Source: an uncultured Methanobrevibacter sp.
GTDB taxonomy: Archaea > Methanobacteriota > Methanobacteria > Methanobacteriales > Methanobacteriaceae
Strand: one strand, 5' to 3'
Assembly: GCF_902771225.1 (NCBI RefSeq)
Contig: NZ_CACXWH010000001.1
DNA length: 63,216 nt
Below the pieces are notes generated by a model that did not search any database, was not told the origin of the DNA, and saw nothing but the letters and a program-made list of their open reading frames with translations. The position numbers and the translations under genes were made by a program. Of the stretch, positions 50,883 through 60,819 are shown piece by piece (position 1 is the first letter of the stretch; every line of letters begins with the position of its first letter).

Positions 50883-50892
50883 GTGTTTTTTT

Positions 50893-51942
50893 ATGGTAAA
50901 TGTTGGAGTACTTGGTGCTACCGGAATGGTAGGTCAAAGATTTATTCAGTTATTGGATAAACATCCGGATTTTGAGCTCACTGCTCTTGCAGCTTCTTCA
51001 CGTTCTGCAGGTAAAAGATATGAAGATGCTACTACTTGGTATCTTGATGATGAAATGCCTGAGTCTGTAAAGGATATAGTTGTATGTGAGACAAATCCTG
51101 ATGATATGGATAATAATGTAGATATTGTATTTTCTTCACTTCCTACTGAATTTGCAGCTAAAGTTGAAAAAGCCTTTGCAAAAGATTATGTTGTTGCAAG
51201 TAATGCTAGTGCTCATAGGATGAAGAAAAATATTCCTTTAGTAATTCCTGAAGTTAATCCAGAGTTCTTAGATATGATTGAGGCTCAGCAAAAGGAAAAT
51301 AACTGGGATGGTTTCATTGTAACCAATCCTAATTGTTCCACTATTGCTTTAACATTAACATTAAAACCAATAGTTGACAATTTTAATGTTAATGCAATAA
51401 GAGTATCAACCATGCAAGCGGTATCTGGTGCAGGTTATAATGGTGTACCTTCAATGGCTATTGTTGATAATCTTGTTCCTTATATTGGTAGTGAAGAAGA
51501 AAAGATGGAATCCGAAACTTTACATTTATTGGGTTCTTTTGACGGCGAAAAAGTCAATGATGCAAATTTCAAGTTAAGTGCTTCATGTCATAGGGTTCCT
51601 GTAATTGATGGTCATACTGAAGCAGTATTTGTTGAGTTGGATGAGGACTTTGGCATTGATGATGTGAAAGATAAAATGGCAAATTTCAAAGCCCTGCCTC
51701 AAGAATTAAATTTGTTCTCAGCACCTGAAAATCCAGTCATTGTCAAAGAAGAATCTGACAGACCTCAACCAAGAATGGATAGAAATGCGGGTAATGGTAT
51801 GTCTGTTAGTGTTGGTAGGTTAAGAAAAGACCAAGCTTTTGATAATAGTTTTAAATATGTTCTTGTTGGACATAATACAATTCGTGGTGCTGCTGGAGCA
51901 TCAGTATTAAATGCAGAGTTAATTAATGAGAGAATACTCTAA
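50893..51942 (+). CDS. asd: Aspartate-semialdehyde dehydrogenase
   Basis: [37 protein letters not shown]. Confidence 0.97.
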   Translation: MVNVGVLGATGMVGQRFIQLLDKHPDFELTALAASSRSAGKRYEDATTWYLDDEMPESVKDIVVCETNPDDMDNNVDIVFSSLPTEFAAKVEKAFAKDYVVASNASAHRMKKNIPLVIPEVNPEFLDMIEAQQKENNWDGFIVTNPNCSTIALTLTLKPIVDNFNVNAIRVSTMQAVSGAGYNGVPSMAIVDNLVPYIGSEEEKMESETLHLLGSFDGEKVNDANFKLSASCHRVPVIDGHTEAVFVELDEDFGIDDVKDKMANFKALPQELNLFSAPENPVIVKEESDRPQPRMDRNAGNGMSVSVGRLRKDQAFDNSFKYVLVGHNTIRGAAGASVLNAELINERIL

Positions 51943-52174
51943 TTTAACTCCTTTATTTTTTTTATTTTTTCTATTTTTTTCCATATTTTTTTAATTGGTT
52001 ACTATATCTTTTTAGTTTCTATTTTTGGTTTATTTAAGGGTTTAATTTAAATAGTATAACATCAATATTTAATATTAGATAATTATAATGTAGGGTATAA
52101 GATAATTTTTAAATTTAAAAAATTATCATATGCATATTTCAATATTGAGATAAATTTTAAGTTAAGGGATAGAA

Positions 52175-53332
52175 ATGGAATATGGAATAGATTCTGAGAA
52201 AGAGGCTTTACAGTCTTTAGTCAGATCTTGTTTATTGGAGCTCAATAAACTTAAATTCGATTTAACACAGTTAGAAGTGGAAAAAGCAAATGATAATTCC
52301 GCTTCACGTATTCAAGAGCTTGAACAAGATATTGTTGACAAAGAAAAAGAAGTTTCTGTTATCAAATTTAAAACGGAAGAAGAAGTAAATCAACTAAAAA
52401 GTCAACTTGAAGAAAAAGATTTATTAATTAAAAATCAAGAAGATAGGATTTATGAACTTGATTATGTAAATAATTCTTTAGATGAAATTAAAACTTATTT
52501 TGCAGAGCAATTAAAAGATTATAAGAAAAATGAATTATCTGAAGTTAATGAGAGATTAAACGAATCTTATAAAAGCATGGCTGAAAAAGATGCTCAAATC
52601 AATAGTCTTTCAAGAACTATCGATGATTATAAAATTCAAATTATCAAATTAGAAAATGATGCCGGAGCTCAGCAAGAAATAATGGAACTTGAAAAGCAAA
52701 TTGAGTTTAAAAATAGGGAACTCCAGCAAAAAGATAATGAAATCACCGCCATAGATAATCAATTAAACCTGTTAAAAGAACAATCTATCCCAAAACAGGA
52801 TTATGAGAATTTACAAGCACAATTTGAAAGTGAAATGGCGGCTATGGATAATGAAATTACATTATTAAAAGAAAGGTCTATCCCAAAAGAAGATTATGAT
52901 AATCTTAAAAAATTGTTAGAAAATGAAGTTGCTTCAATGGATAGTGAAATCAATGCATTAAAAGAAAATTCAATTCCTCGTGAAGAATATGTAAGTCTTC
53001 AAAATTATTTGGAAAGTGAAATTTCCGTCCGTGAAAGTGAATTAAAATATCTCAAGGAACAAAGTGTTCCTAAAGCGGATTATGTTAATCTACAAAATCA
53101 ACTCCAAAATGAGATTACCACTAAAGATAATGAGCTTAAATATTTAAAAGAACAAACTGTTTCACGTGAAGAGTTCATTAACCTTCAAAATGAATTAATT
53201 CGTAAAAACGATAAAATCAAAAGGTTAGAAGAAATCAATACATTCTTCAATGAACTTCAAGAAGAGCAGGATTCATATGAAACTATTGAAACGACTCCTC
53301 CTTTCAAATTAGAGAAAAAACAACATAGATAA
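52175..53332 (+). CDS. Long coiled-coil protein with five 31-aa repeats
   Basis: E/K/Q/L-rich heptads; LKExS(I/V)P(K/R)xxY repeats at a 93-nt period. Confidence 0.8.
   Translation: MEYGIDSEKEALQSLVRSCLLELNKLKFDLTQLEVEKANDNSASRIQELEQDIVDKEKEVSVIKFKTEEEVNQLKSQLEEKDLLIKNQEDRIYELDYVNNSLDEIKTYFAEQLKDYKKNELSEVNERLNESYKSMAEKDAQINSLSRTIDDYKIQIIKLENDAGAQQEIMELEKQIEFKNRELQQKDNEITAIDNQLNLLKEQSIPKQDYENLQAQFESEMAAMDNEITLLKERSIPKEDYDNLKKLLENEVASMDSEINALKENSIPREEYVSLQNYLESEISVRESELKYLKEQSVPKADYVNLQNQLQNEITTKDNELKYLKEQTVSREEFINLQNELIRKNDKIKRLEEINTFFNELQEEQDSYETIETTPPFKLEKKQHR
52772..53236 (+). repeat. Diverged 93-bp (31-aa) tandem repeat x5
   Basis: Unit starts (LKE) at 52772, 52865, 52958, 53051, 53144. 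Confidence 0.85.
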
Positions 53333-53566
53333 ATATATTTTTATCTATTTCATTTCTTTTTTTATCCCAATCATTATTTCACTTAAGATATTTCCAGCAA
53401 TGTTTTTTCTTTTTCTTACAAAAATACACTAAATAGTAAAGTATTTATATAACCTTAAACTCATGTTATATGTAGAAAGGTTTATTCAACACTAAAACTC
53501 ATTTTTCTCATGTTGATAATTAAACTGATCTAATTATTTATAAAAATTAAAAAAAGGTGATTATTT

Positions 53567-55183
53567 ATGGCACAAGGTGGACAACCAATTTTTATCTTAC
53601 CTGAAGGAACTAACAGATCCATCGGTAGAGATGCACAAAGAAACAACATTTTAGCCGGTAAAGTATTAGCTGAAACTGTAAGAACTACTTTAGGTCCAAA
53701 AGGAATGGACAAAATGTTAGTAGATGGTCTCGGAGATATTGTTGTAACTAACGATGGAGTAACTATTTTAAAAGAAATGGATATTGAACATCCTGCAGCA
53801 AAAATGCTCGTAGAAGTAGCAAAAACCCAAGAAGATGAAGTTGGAGACGGAACCACTACAGCAGTAATTATTGCTGGAGAATTATTAAAAAAATCAGAAA
53901 GTTTATTAGACTCAGATATTCACCCAACTATTATTGCAATGGGATACAGAAAAGCAGCTGAAAAAGCTCAAGCAATCTTAGATGAAATTGCAATAGATAA
54001 AGTTGACACTGAAACTTTAACTAAAGTAGCTATGACTGCTATGACTGGTAAAGGAACCGAAGCAGCACGTGAACCATTAGCAAAATTAATCGTAGAAGCA
54101 GTACAAAAAGTAGCTGATGGAAAAGTAGTTGACACTGATAATATTAAAATTGAGAAAAAAGATGGTGCTGTTGTCGAAGAATCCAACTTAGTTGAAGGCG
54201 TAATCATTGACAAAGAAAAAGTACATCCAGGTATGCCATCCGAAATTAAAGATGCAAAAATCGCTCTTGTTAACTCAGCTATTGAAGTTAAAGAAACTGA
54301 GGTTGATGCTGAAATCAGAATAACTGACCCTGCTCAAATGCAAGCATTCATTGAACAAGAAGAAAACATGATTAAAGAAATGGTTCAAAAAATCGCTGAT
54401 TCTGGAGCTAACGTTTTATTCGCACAAAAAGGTATTGATGACTTGGCACAACACTACTTGTCTAAAGCAGGAATCATGGCTGTAAGAAGAGTTAAAAAAT
54501 CCGATATTGAAAAATTATCCAGAGCTACTGGTGCTACCGTTGTTACTAACTTAGATGATTTAACTACCGGCGATTTAGGTGAAGCAGGTATTGTTGAAGA
54601 AAGAAAAATCTCTGGTGAAGATATGATCTTTGTCGAAGAATGCAGTGCAGCTAAATCAGTAACTTTATTCGTAAGAGGCAGTACCAAACACATCGTTGAC
54701 GAAATCGTAAGAGCTATTGAAGATGCAATCGGTGTAGTAGCAGCTACTGTTGAAGATGACCAAGTTGTAGCTGGTGGAGGTGCACCTGAAATTGCTATGG
54801 CTAAAAAACTTAAAGATTATGCAGAATCTATTTCTGGAAGAGAACAATTAGCTGTAAACGCATTTGCAGAAGCTTTAGAAATCGTACCAAAAACCTTAGC
54901 AGAAAATGCAGGTTTAGACAGTATTGATTCTTTAGTAGATTTAAGAGCTGCTCAAGAAGACTCATTCTTCATGGGATTAGATGTATTCACTGGTGAAGTA
55001 GCAGACATGAAAGATGCTGGTGTAATTGAACCTAAACGTGTTAAAAAACAAGCTATCCAATCTGCATCTGAAGCAGCTGAAATGATTTTAAGAATTGATG
55101 ATGTAATCGCATCCTCTGGTGGAGCAGAAGACATGCCTCCAATGGATCCTGGAATGGCTGGCGGTATGCCTCCAATGATGTAA
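53567..55183 (+). CDS. ths: Thermosome (group II chaperonin) subunit
   Basis: [22 protein letters not shown]-rich tail. Confidence 0.98.
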   Translation: MAQGGQPIFILPEGTNRSIGRDAQRNNILAGKVLAETVRTTLGPKGMDKMLVDGLGDIVVTNDGVTILKEMDIEHPAAKMLVEVAKTQEDEVGDGTTTAVIIAGELLKKSESLLDSDIHPTIIAMGYRKAAEKAQAILDEIAIDKVDTETLTKVAMTAMTGKGTEAAREPLAKLIVEAVQKVADGKVVDTDNIKIEKKDGAVVEESNLVEGVIIDKEKVHPGMPSEIKDAKIALVNSAIEVKETEVDAEIRITDPAQMQAFIEQEENMIKEMVQKIADSGANVLFAQKGIDDLAQHYLSKAGIMAVRRVKKSDIEKLSRATGATVVTNLDDLTTGDLGEAGIVEERKISGEDMIFVEECSAAKSVTLFVRGSTKHIVDEIVRAIEDAIGVVAATVEDDQVVAGGGAPEIAMAKKLKDYAESISGREQLAVNAFAEALEIVPKTLAENAGLDSIDSLVDLRAAQEDSFFMGLDVFTGEVADMKDAGVIEPKRVKKQAIQSASEAAEMILRIDDVIASSGGAEDMPPMDPGMAGGMPPMM

Positions 55184-55215
55184 ATTTAATTTACATCTTT
55201 TCTTTTTTTTATTTT

Positions 55216-56229
55216 ATGTATTCTAACAGACTTATTTTTAGAACTTCAACTTCGGATGAAGTATATTATTTAAAAAACTCTATTTTTATAAAATTTAACA
55301 GTAAAAGAAATGTTATTTCTAATTCAGTTTTAAATGGTGGATTTAAGAAAGATTTGAAATATGTTTTCAATCATCATCTATCTCAAGATAACATTGATTA
55401 TTTAGAAAATCATGATTTGTATGATTATTTAGTTGATTTATGTAATAACTATAATTTTAATCCTTTAAAATCAACGGGTCTTGTCACATTGGCTTTAATG
55501 AAAAATTTATCTATTGTTAGTAAAAAATTTAAAAATTTAGAAGTCAGTGCCATTACAACAGCTGGTGTTCGTGTCAATGCGGTTTGTGCAGGAGACAATG
55601 CTTCTTATTATGAGGAAAATGGTAAATTTAAAGCAGGAACTATTAATACGATTTTACTTATTAATTCTAAATTGAATGATAATGTATTGGCTGAAGCATT
55701 TATGGTAGCTAGTGAGGCTAAAAGTGTTGCCTTAAATAATTTAAAGATTCCTTCCCAGTTTTCCAATAATTTTGCTACAGGTACAGGCACTGATGGATTG
55801 ATTATTGCTTCAAATTTGGATTCAAATCATTCAATAACTAATGCAGGTAAACATTCTAAGTTAGGTGAACTAATTGCTAAAAGTATCATTGAGTCTATAC
55901 ATGTGGCAATAAAAAAGCAAGTTTGGATTACACACTCTTCACAATCTAATGTTTTGGTTAGATTAAATCGGTATAAATTAGATATCAATGAATTTTATGA
56001 TAGCTTAAATCAAGATAAACATAGCTTTATTTTCGGTCTGCAAATTGATTCTCGAAAGAGTCAAAACGTAGCTATTACAACATCCATTCTAAATCTATTC
56101 GATGAGGTTCAATACGGGCTGTTGGATAAAAATGTTGCTTTAAAATTATCAAATTCAATTTTAGGTAACTGTAAAAGTTATTATGTAGAAAAATTATTGG
56201 AATATTGGATTAATTCTTTTTTAAAATAA
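55216..56229 (+). CDS. cbiZ: Adenosylcobinamide amidohydrolase-like protein
   Basis: LNGG, TAGV..N, AGTINTI, SEAK, ATGTGTD, AGKHSKLGE. Confidence 0.8.
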   Translation: MYSNRLIFRTSTSDEVYYLKNSIFIKFNSKRNVISNSVLNGGFKKDLKYVFNHHLSQDNIDYLENHDLYDYLVDLCNNYNFNPLKSTGLVTLALMKNLSIVSKKFKNLEVSAITTAGVRVNAVCAGDNASYYEENGKFKAGTINTILLINSKLNDNVLAEAFMVASEAKSVALNNLKIPSQFSNNFATGTGTDGLIIASNLDSNHSITNAGKHSKLGELIAKSIIESIHVAIKKQVWITHSSQSNVLVRLNRYKLDINEFYDSLNQDKHSFIFGLQIDSRKSQNVAITTSILNLFDEVQYGLLDKNVALKLSNSILGNCKSYYVEKLLEYWINSFLK

Positions 56230-56304
56230 TTTTCAGTTAAACATAATATATATTAAATTAAATATTTAAATATAATAAACAATAATTTTTTAATAGGTGA
56301 TTTT

Positions 56305-56532
56305 ATGAGAAGTAAAGAATTAATAAATAAAGAAGTTTTAGACGGAAACATTAAAATTATAGGTAAAGTTCATGAAATTATTTTTGATGAAGATACTTTT
56401 GAAGTAACTGATTTGGTAATTAAAAAAACAGGAATTTCAGAGCAATTCCGTGATAGTGAGAATGTCATTCCTGTAGATCTTATAAAAACTATTGGAGATA
56501 AAGTCTTACTTAAAAATGATGAGGATATTTAA
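56305..56532 (+). CDS. PRC-barrel domain protein
   Basis: LINKEVLD...IGKV.EI.FD...IP...[10 protein letters not shown]. Confidence 0.85.
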   Translation: MRSKELINKEVLDGNIKIIGKVHEIIFDEDTFEVTDLVIKKTGISEQFRDSENVIPVDLIKTIGDKVLLKNDEDI

Positions 56533-57053
56533 TGCCATCTAAAGAATATTTGATAGATTTATTAAAAGAAAATGAAGTCTTCCTGAGGGGAGATTTCACA
56601 TTGTCCTCAGGTAAAAAAAGTGATTATTATATTAATATGAAAAAAGCCATCACGGAACCTGAAATCTTATCTACAATTGCTAAACTCATTACGCAACTAA
56701 TCGATGAAGATAATGTAGATAAAGTAGCGGGACCAGCATTGGGGGCAGTTCCAATAGCCACAGCAGTATCTCTTGAAAGTGAAATTCCTTTATTAATGAT
56801 TAGAAAAGAAAAGAAAGGTTATGGAACCTCCAAATTAATTGAAGGGGAATTGAACTCTGGAGATAATGTAATAGTTGTTGAAGATGTAACTACAACAGGA
56901 GGATCTTTACTTAAAGCAATTAAAGCTATTCAAGAAAATGGTGGAAATGTAACAAGAGCTTTTGTTGTTGTTGACAGACAAGAAGGTGCTATTGAAGCTT
57001 TTGAAAAAGAAGGCATTATGTTAGAACCCTTAATTAAAGTGAACGAGTTTTAA
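56532..57053 (+). CDS. pyrE: Orotate phosphoribosyltransferase
   Basis: [30 protein letters not shown]. Confidence 0.95.
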   Translation: MPSKEYLIDLLKENEVFLRGDFTLSSGKKSDYYINMKKAITEPEILSTIAKLITQLIDEDNVDKVAGPALGAVPIATAVSLESEIPLLMIRKEKKGYGTSKLIEGELNSGDNVIVVEDVTTTGGSLLKAIKAIQENGGNVTRAFVVVDRQEGAIEAFEKEGIMLEPLIKVNEF

Positions 57054-57054
57054 A

Positions 57055-57654
57055 ATGGAAGTTTTTTCAAAAGATTATATAAAAGGATATTTTTCCAGAA
57101 ATAAAAAATTAATACTCATTGCTTTAGCAATTTTATTAATTTTCTTTTTTATGGGGGTTATTGTTAGTAATATTGGTGCTGGAGATAATTATGGTTCAAT
57201 TACTAAAGCATTTAGTCAATCCAATAAATCAATTTCATTTTCCGATGTTAAAGGAGATGCCATAGGATTATTTACACATAATTTAGTTGCAGATTTACTA
57301 ATTTTCATCTGCGGAATTTTATTTTCAGTATTTTCCGTGCTGATTGTAATATATAATGCATTTACTATTGGTGTGCCTTTTGGTGCGGATATGTATTTTG
57401 CACTCGTATCAATTCTTCCGCATTTTATTTTTGAATATGTGGGAGGAAGTGTATTTGCATTAACTGGAGCATTCTTAATTACAAAATTGGAAATTAATAT
57501 TATTAAAAAAAGAAGCATTAAAAAAGTTATTTCAGATTCTTATATTTTAAAAGATATATTTTTTTCATTGATATTGGTGGTGATTTTTTTATTTATTGCA
57601 GCAATTATTGAAGCTTATGTTACTCCCGCGATTACAATTGCAGCATTTCAATAA
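57055..57654 (+). CDS. SpoIIM/DUF95-like membrane protein
   Basis: LFTHN, ILPHFIFE, IAAIIEAYVTP. Confidence 0.8.
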   Translation: MEVFSKDYIKGYFSRNKKLILIALAILLIFFFMGVIVSNIGAGDNYGSITKAFSQSNKSISFSDVKGDAIGLFTHNLVADLLIFICGILFSVFSVLIVIYNAFTIGVPFGADMYFALVSILPHFIFEYVGGSVFALTGAFLITKLEINIIKKRSIKKVISDSYILKDIFFSLILVVIFLFIAAIIEAYVTPAITIAAFQ

Positions 57655-57660
57655 TTTAAA

Positions 57661-57681
57661 TGATGGATATTAAATCCATCA
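57661..57681. terminator. Hairpin between convergent genes
   Basis: TGATGGAT-ATTAA-ATCCATCA perfect 8-bp arms. Confidence 0.5.
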
Positions 57682-57688
57682 TAATCTT

Positions 57689-58192
57689 TTATTTTTGAGC
57701 ATGATGAACAATATGTGGCAGTTCATCAATAATTATGTTTATTGCAGTTTTGACTGCATTAGGTGATCCGGGCATGGAAAATATACAACATTTTTTATAA
57801 ACACCTGCGGTTGCACGTGAAAGTAGTGCTCCTGAACCAATCTCAATATAAGATTGATTTCTAAAAATTTCACCAAATCCATCAATTTTTTTATCAAATA
57901 ATTCTTCAACACTTTCAACAGTAATATCTCTTGCACTAAGCCCCGTTCCGCCGTTAGTTAATATAACATCGATGTTTTCTGCAATCATATCTTCAATAGT
58001 GTCTATAAGATATGTTTTTTCATCTTTAATGATTTTTCTTGATTTTAAAACATATCTCTTTTCAATCTCTTTTTCAATATAATCTCCAGATAAATCTTCG
58101 TTAATATCTCTACTGTCACTTAATGTGATAATTCCACATGTGATATTTTCTGAAGATTCATTTTGGTGTTCTTTAGTTGTTTTACTTCCCAT
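57689..58192 (-). CDS. moaB: Molybdenum cofactor biosynthesis protein MoaB/MogA
   Basis: ITLSDSR, D.SG, TNGGTG...RDIT, GFGEIFR, SRATAG, MPGSP.A. Confidence 0.92.
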   Translation of the reverse strand: MGSKTTKEHQNESSENITCGIITLSDSRDINEDLSGDYIEKEIEKRYVLKSRKIIKDEKTYLIDTIEDMIAENIDVILTNGGTGLSARDITVESVEELFDKKIDGFGEIFRNQSYIEIGSGALLSRATAGVYKKCCIFSMPGSPNAVKTAINIIIDELPHIVHHAQK

Positions 58193-58244
58193 TAAATCAC
58201 CTAATTTTTATAATTATTATAATATTATTTTTATAATTATTTAT

Positions 58245-58526
58245 TTATAATAATTTTTTTATTTCTTCAAATGAATCTTTTTCTTTTAGTAAACTTTCTG
58301 TTGCCACATAATATGTACCATAATCTGAATTTTTCCTTTCGATTAGTTTATTTTTTTGCATTAATCGAAGATGGTAAGCTGCAGTATTGTAACTTACGTT
58401 TAAGGCATCTGCCATTTGATTAGAATTATATGGCCTAATCAACAGTTGTTCTATTACTTTAGCTGTTGTTTCACCCCCTTTTCTTTGTAATAAAAGAAAT
58501 ACTAATGCATTTTTTATTTCACTCAT
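58245..58526 (-). CDS. Archaeal ArsR-like winged-helix protein
   Basis: RKGGET..KVI..L..RPYNSNQMADAL..SY.T..YHL. Confidence 0.8.
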   Translation of the reverse strand: MSEIKNALVFLLLQRKGGETTAKVIEQLLIRPYNSNQMADALNVSYNTAAYHLRLMQKNKLIERKNSDYGTYYVATESLLKEKDSFEEIKKLL

Positions 58527-58531
58527 ATTTA

Positions 58532-59329
58532 TCACTCCAGTATTGTATCAAATAAATCTTTACTCCATTTTATAGCACTTTGATGTTTGTCAATGATTAT
58601 TTGAGAATCATCATAATGATTATCTTTAAAAAACAAGGTCAATGTCATAAAATCCCTGCAGAAAGTTAAAAATATTTTAAAGTTTTCATCGGTTTCAATA
58701 ATTTTTACTTTTTCATTTTCAATTAGTGATTTTTTTAAATACCGGCTTTTTGTTATTGTTTGAAATATTTCTGTATTTATTAAAAGAGTTAGCTGTTTTA
58801 AATTTCCGTTTTTTAATAGTCTTATTAGATGTTTTAGATGATTTTCAGAATATATTGGTAACATTATTGTAAGTTCTGGGCTTGTTGATATTAGTTCTAT
58901 GTATGTGTTAAATGCATTTGATAAATCACTTGTGGTTGATGAAATAAATTGCGCATCTTTTAAAAGATATAGCTTATTTAATAAATTTTCTGGAATTCCA
59001 CTCAAATCGTGGCTATTCCAGAAATATTTGTTTTTTTCAATGGAATACCAATTATCAATTAATTTAATAATGTTTGTTGCAAGCAAATATCCGTTTGATG
59101 TTAATTCATAATATTTCCTGTCTTTTTTAATTAGATTATTTTCCTCTAATTCTTTTAAACCATGCAATATGGTTGCAGATGGCTTTTTTAATTCATCTCT
59201 TATTTCATTGAGATTTCTTCTATTGTTGTATAGGACAACAAGGATTAAAGTACGCATAGAGGATGTAAGAATGTATTTGACATTTTTAAATTCATGTGTT
59301 TGATTTTTCTCTATAGTATTGGTACTCAT
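58532..59329 (-). CDS. Winged-helix regulator with DUF1724/FilR1-like domain
   Basis: TSSMRTLIL, HTH, LKELEE.NLI..Y.LT, FWNSHDLSGIP, LFFKD..YD, AIKW. Confidence 0.8.
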   Translation of the reverse strand: MSTNTIEKNQTHEFKNVKYILTSSMRTLILVVLYNNRRNLNEIRDELKKPSATILHGLKELEENNLIKKDRKYYELTSNGYLLATNIIKLIDNWYSIEKNKYFWNSHDLSGIPENLLNKLYLLKDAQFISSTTSDLSNAFNTYIELISTSPELTIMLPIYSENHLKHLIRLLKNGNLKQLTLLINTEIFQTITKSRYLKKSLIENEKVKIIETDENFKIFLTFCRDFMTLTLFFKDNHYDDSQIIIDKHQSAIKWSKDLFDTILE

Positions 59330-60130
59330 TTAAATCACCCTTGATTTTATATTTTCAAATAATGTGTTTGCCCATTTTAAAGAGTCTGGATTATCTGAGT
59401 TTAGAATTCTATTTTGATCATAACTCCCATCATTTTTAAATAATCCTAAATTCATCGAATTATCGCAGATTAACAGGTAAATATCAAGATTATTTTTTAA
59501 AATATGAACATTTAAAGAACCATTTCTAACACTCCTGTTTTTTAAATCAGAATTAATTTGAGATATTAAACCTAGATAAATATCTTTTTCCATTATTAAC
59601 TCAACTTTCCCGTTATTTTTTAATATATTTTCGATCAATAAAGGATAGTCCGGATGAATATATGGAACTATTCCTTTTATATTATGTGAGGATTCCAATT
59701 GTTTTTTAATATTATTATGTGTTTTGTAGATGTCAATAGGGCTGGTTTCAATTAATTTTGATTTATATAATTCAGTTATATTCTCTATTAATTCATTATT
59801 AATATGTGAGATATTATGCTTGTACCAAAAGCTATCAAAATTCTCTATTACATCAATACTTTTCTTAAAGTCCATCAATTGATTAAAATAAAGTTTCGTC
59901 ATGGGAGTAATTGTATAAATTCTATTTTCTTTAACCACATAGTTTTTATTCTCTAATTTGTTCAAGTTATTTGATACTGAACTGTATGCCATCTTGGTCT
60001 TGTCAACAATCTCTTTAATTGTTTGTGGCCGGGCATTTAGTTCAGTAAGTATTCTTAGTCGGATTTCTGATTTTACCAGAAACATCATGTCGCTTTTAAT
60101 ATATTTTTCATTAATTACCATTTTCATCAC
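59330..60130 (-). CDS. Winged-helix regulator with DUF1724/FilR1-like domain (paralog)
   Basis: KSEIRLRIL, SSVSNNLNKLE, FWYKHNIS, LGLFKNDGSYD, SLKWA..LF. Confidence 0.8.
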   Translation of the reverse strand: MMKMVINEKYIKSDMMFLVKSEIRLRILTELNARPQTIKEIVDKTKMAYSSVSNNLNKLENKNYVVKENRIYTITPMTKLYFNQLMDFKKSIDVIENFDSFWYKHNISHINNELIENITELYKSKLIETSPIDIYKTHNNIKKQLESSHNIKGIVPYIHPDYPLLIENILKNNGKVELIMEKDIYLGLISQINSDLKNRSVRNGSLNVHILKNNLDIYLLICDNSMNLGLFKNDGSYDQNRILNSDNPDSLKWANTLFENIKSRVI

Positions 60131-60221
60131 AGCATTAGTTTTTATTGCATTAATTTATTTTTCATTTCTTATTGAAATGTGTTTATAGTATTAGTTTTAA
60201 ATGTATTACTTATATAAATAT

Positions 60222-60287
60222 ATGAAACTTCCATGAATATTCCATGAAACTTCCATGAATATTCCATGAAACTATCATGAAATTCTT
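60222..60287. repeat. Six-copy 11-bp tandem array (ATGAA-core, 22-bp higher-order unit)
   Basis: ATGAAACTTCC ATGAATATTCC ATGAAACTTCC ATGAATATTCC ATGAAACTATC ATGAAATTCTT; ATGAA at 60222, 60233, 60244, 60255, 60266, 60277. Confidence 0.95.
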
Positions 60288-60369
60288 TAAAGAACACTGT
60301 TTTTTAAAAGCAAGATATATGTATTTATTAACTAGTTTAAACACAAATTACATTATATATTAAATTAAT

Positions 60370-60738
60370 ATGGGTGAATCAATGGATTATAATAAAATAA
60401 TTATTATTTTAATCATGATTTTTGTTATTATTCTAGTTTGCGGAGTATTCATTATTTTTAATAATAATGCATCTACAAATAACGTTAATAATTCAATCAG
60501 CAATAATACTTCTTCCAATATTAATGTTGAAAAGATAAATACTGAAGAGGTTAGCAGCCAAAGTAATAGTAATACTCATTTGGTTATAGCGGAAGATGGT
60601 CATTATTATACATGTGATGATAATGGAAAGATTTTAGAAAAATTAGGTCCTAGTAAAAAGTATTATCCTAATGACCCGTCAGCTGTGGAATATCCTGATG
60701 CAGAGTCTTATTACCCATATAAGCAACGTCAACTTTAA
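60370..60738 (+). CDS. Small membrane-anchored hypothetical protein
   Basis: Poly-Ile TM helix, Asn/Ser-rich linker, Tyr/Pro-rich C-terminus. Confidence 0.75.
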   Translation: MGESMDYNKIIIILIMIFVIILVCGVFIIFNNNASTNNVNNSISNNTSSNINVEKINTEEVSSQSNSNTHLVIAEDGHYYTCDDNGKILEKLGPSKKYYPNDPSAVEYPDAESYYPYKQRQL

Positions 60739-60819
60739 TCATCATCTCTATTTTTTAGAAACATCAAATTAATATTTAATTAAAATCAATAGTATCATAT
60801 TGAATTCAAGAGAAATGAT

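Noticed and set aside
53333-53566. Riboswitch or C/D-box sRNA in the thermosome leader and other long intergenic regions
   Set aside because: No properly spaced RTGATGA/CTGA pair or known riboswitch core recognisable by eye.
60222-60287. CRISPR array
   Set aside because: Units are 11 bp and contiguous with no unique spacers; no cas genes in the window.
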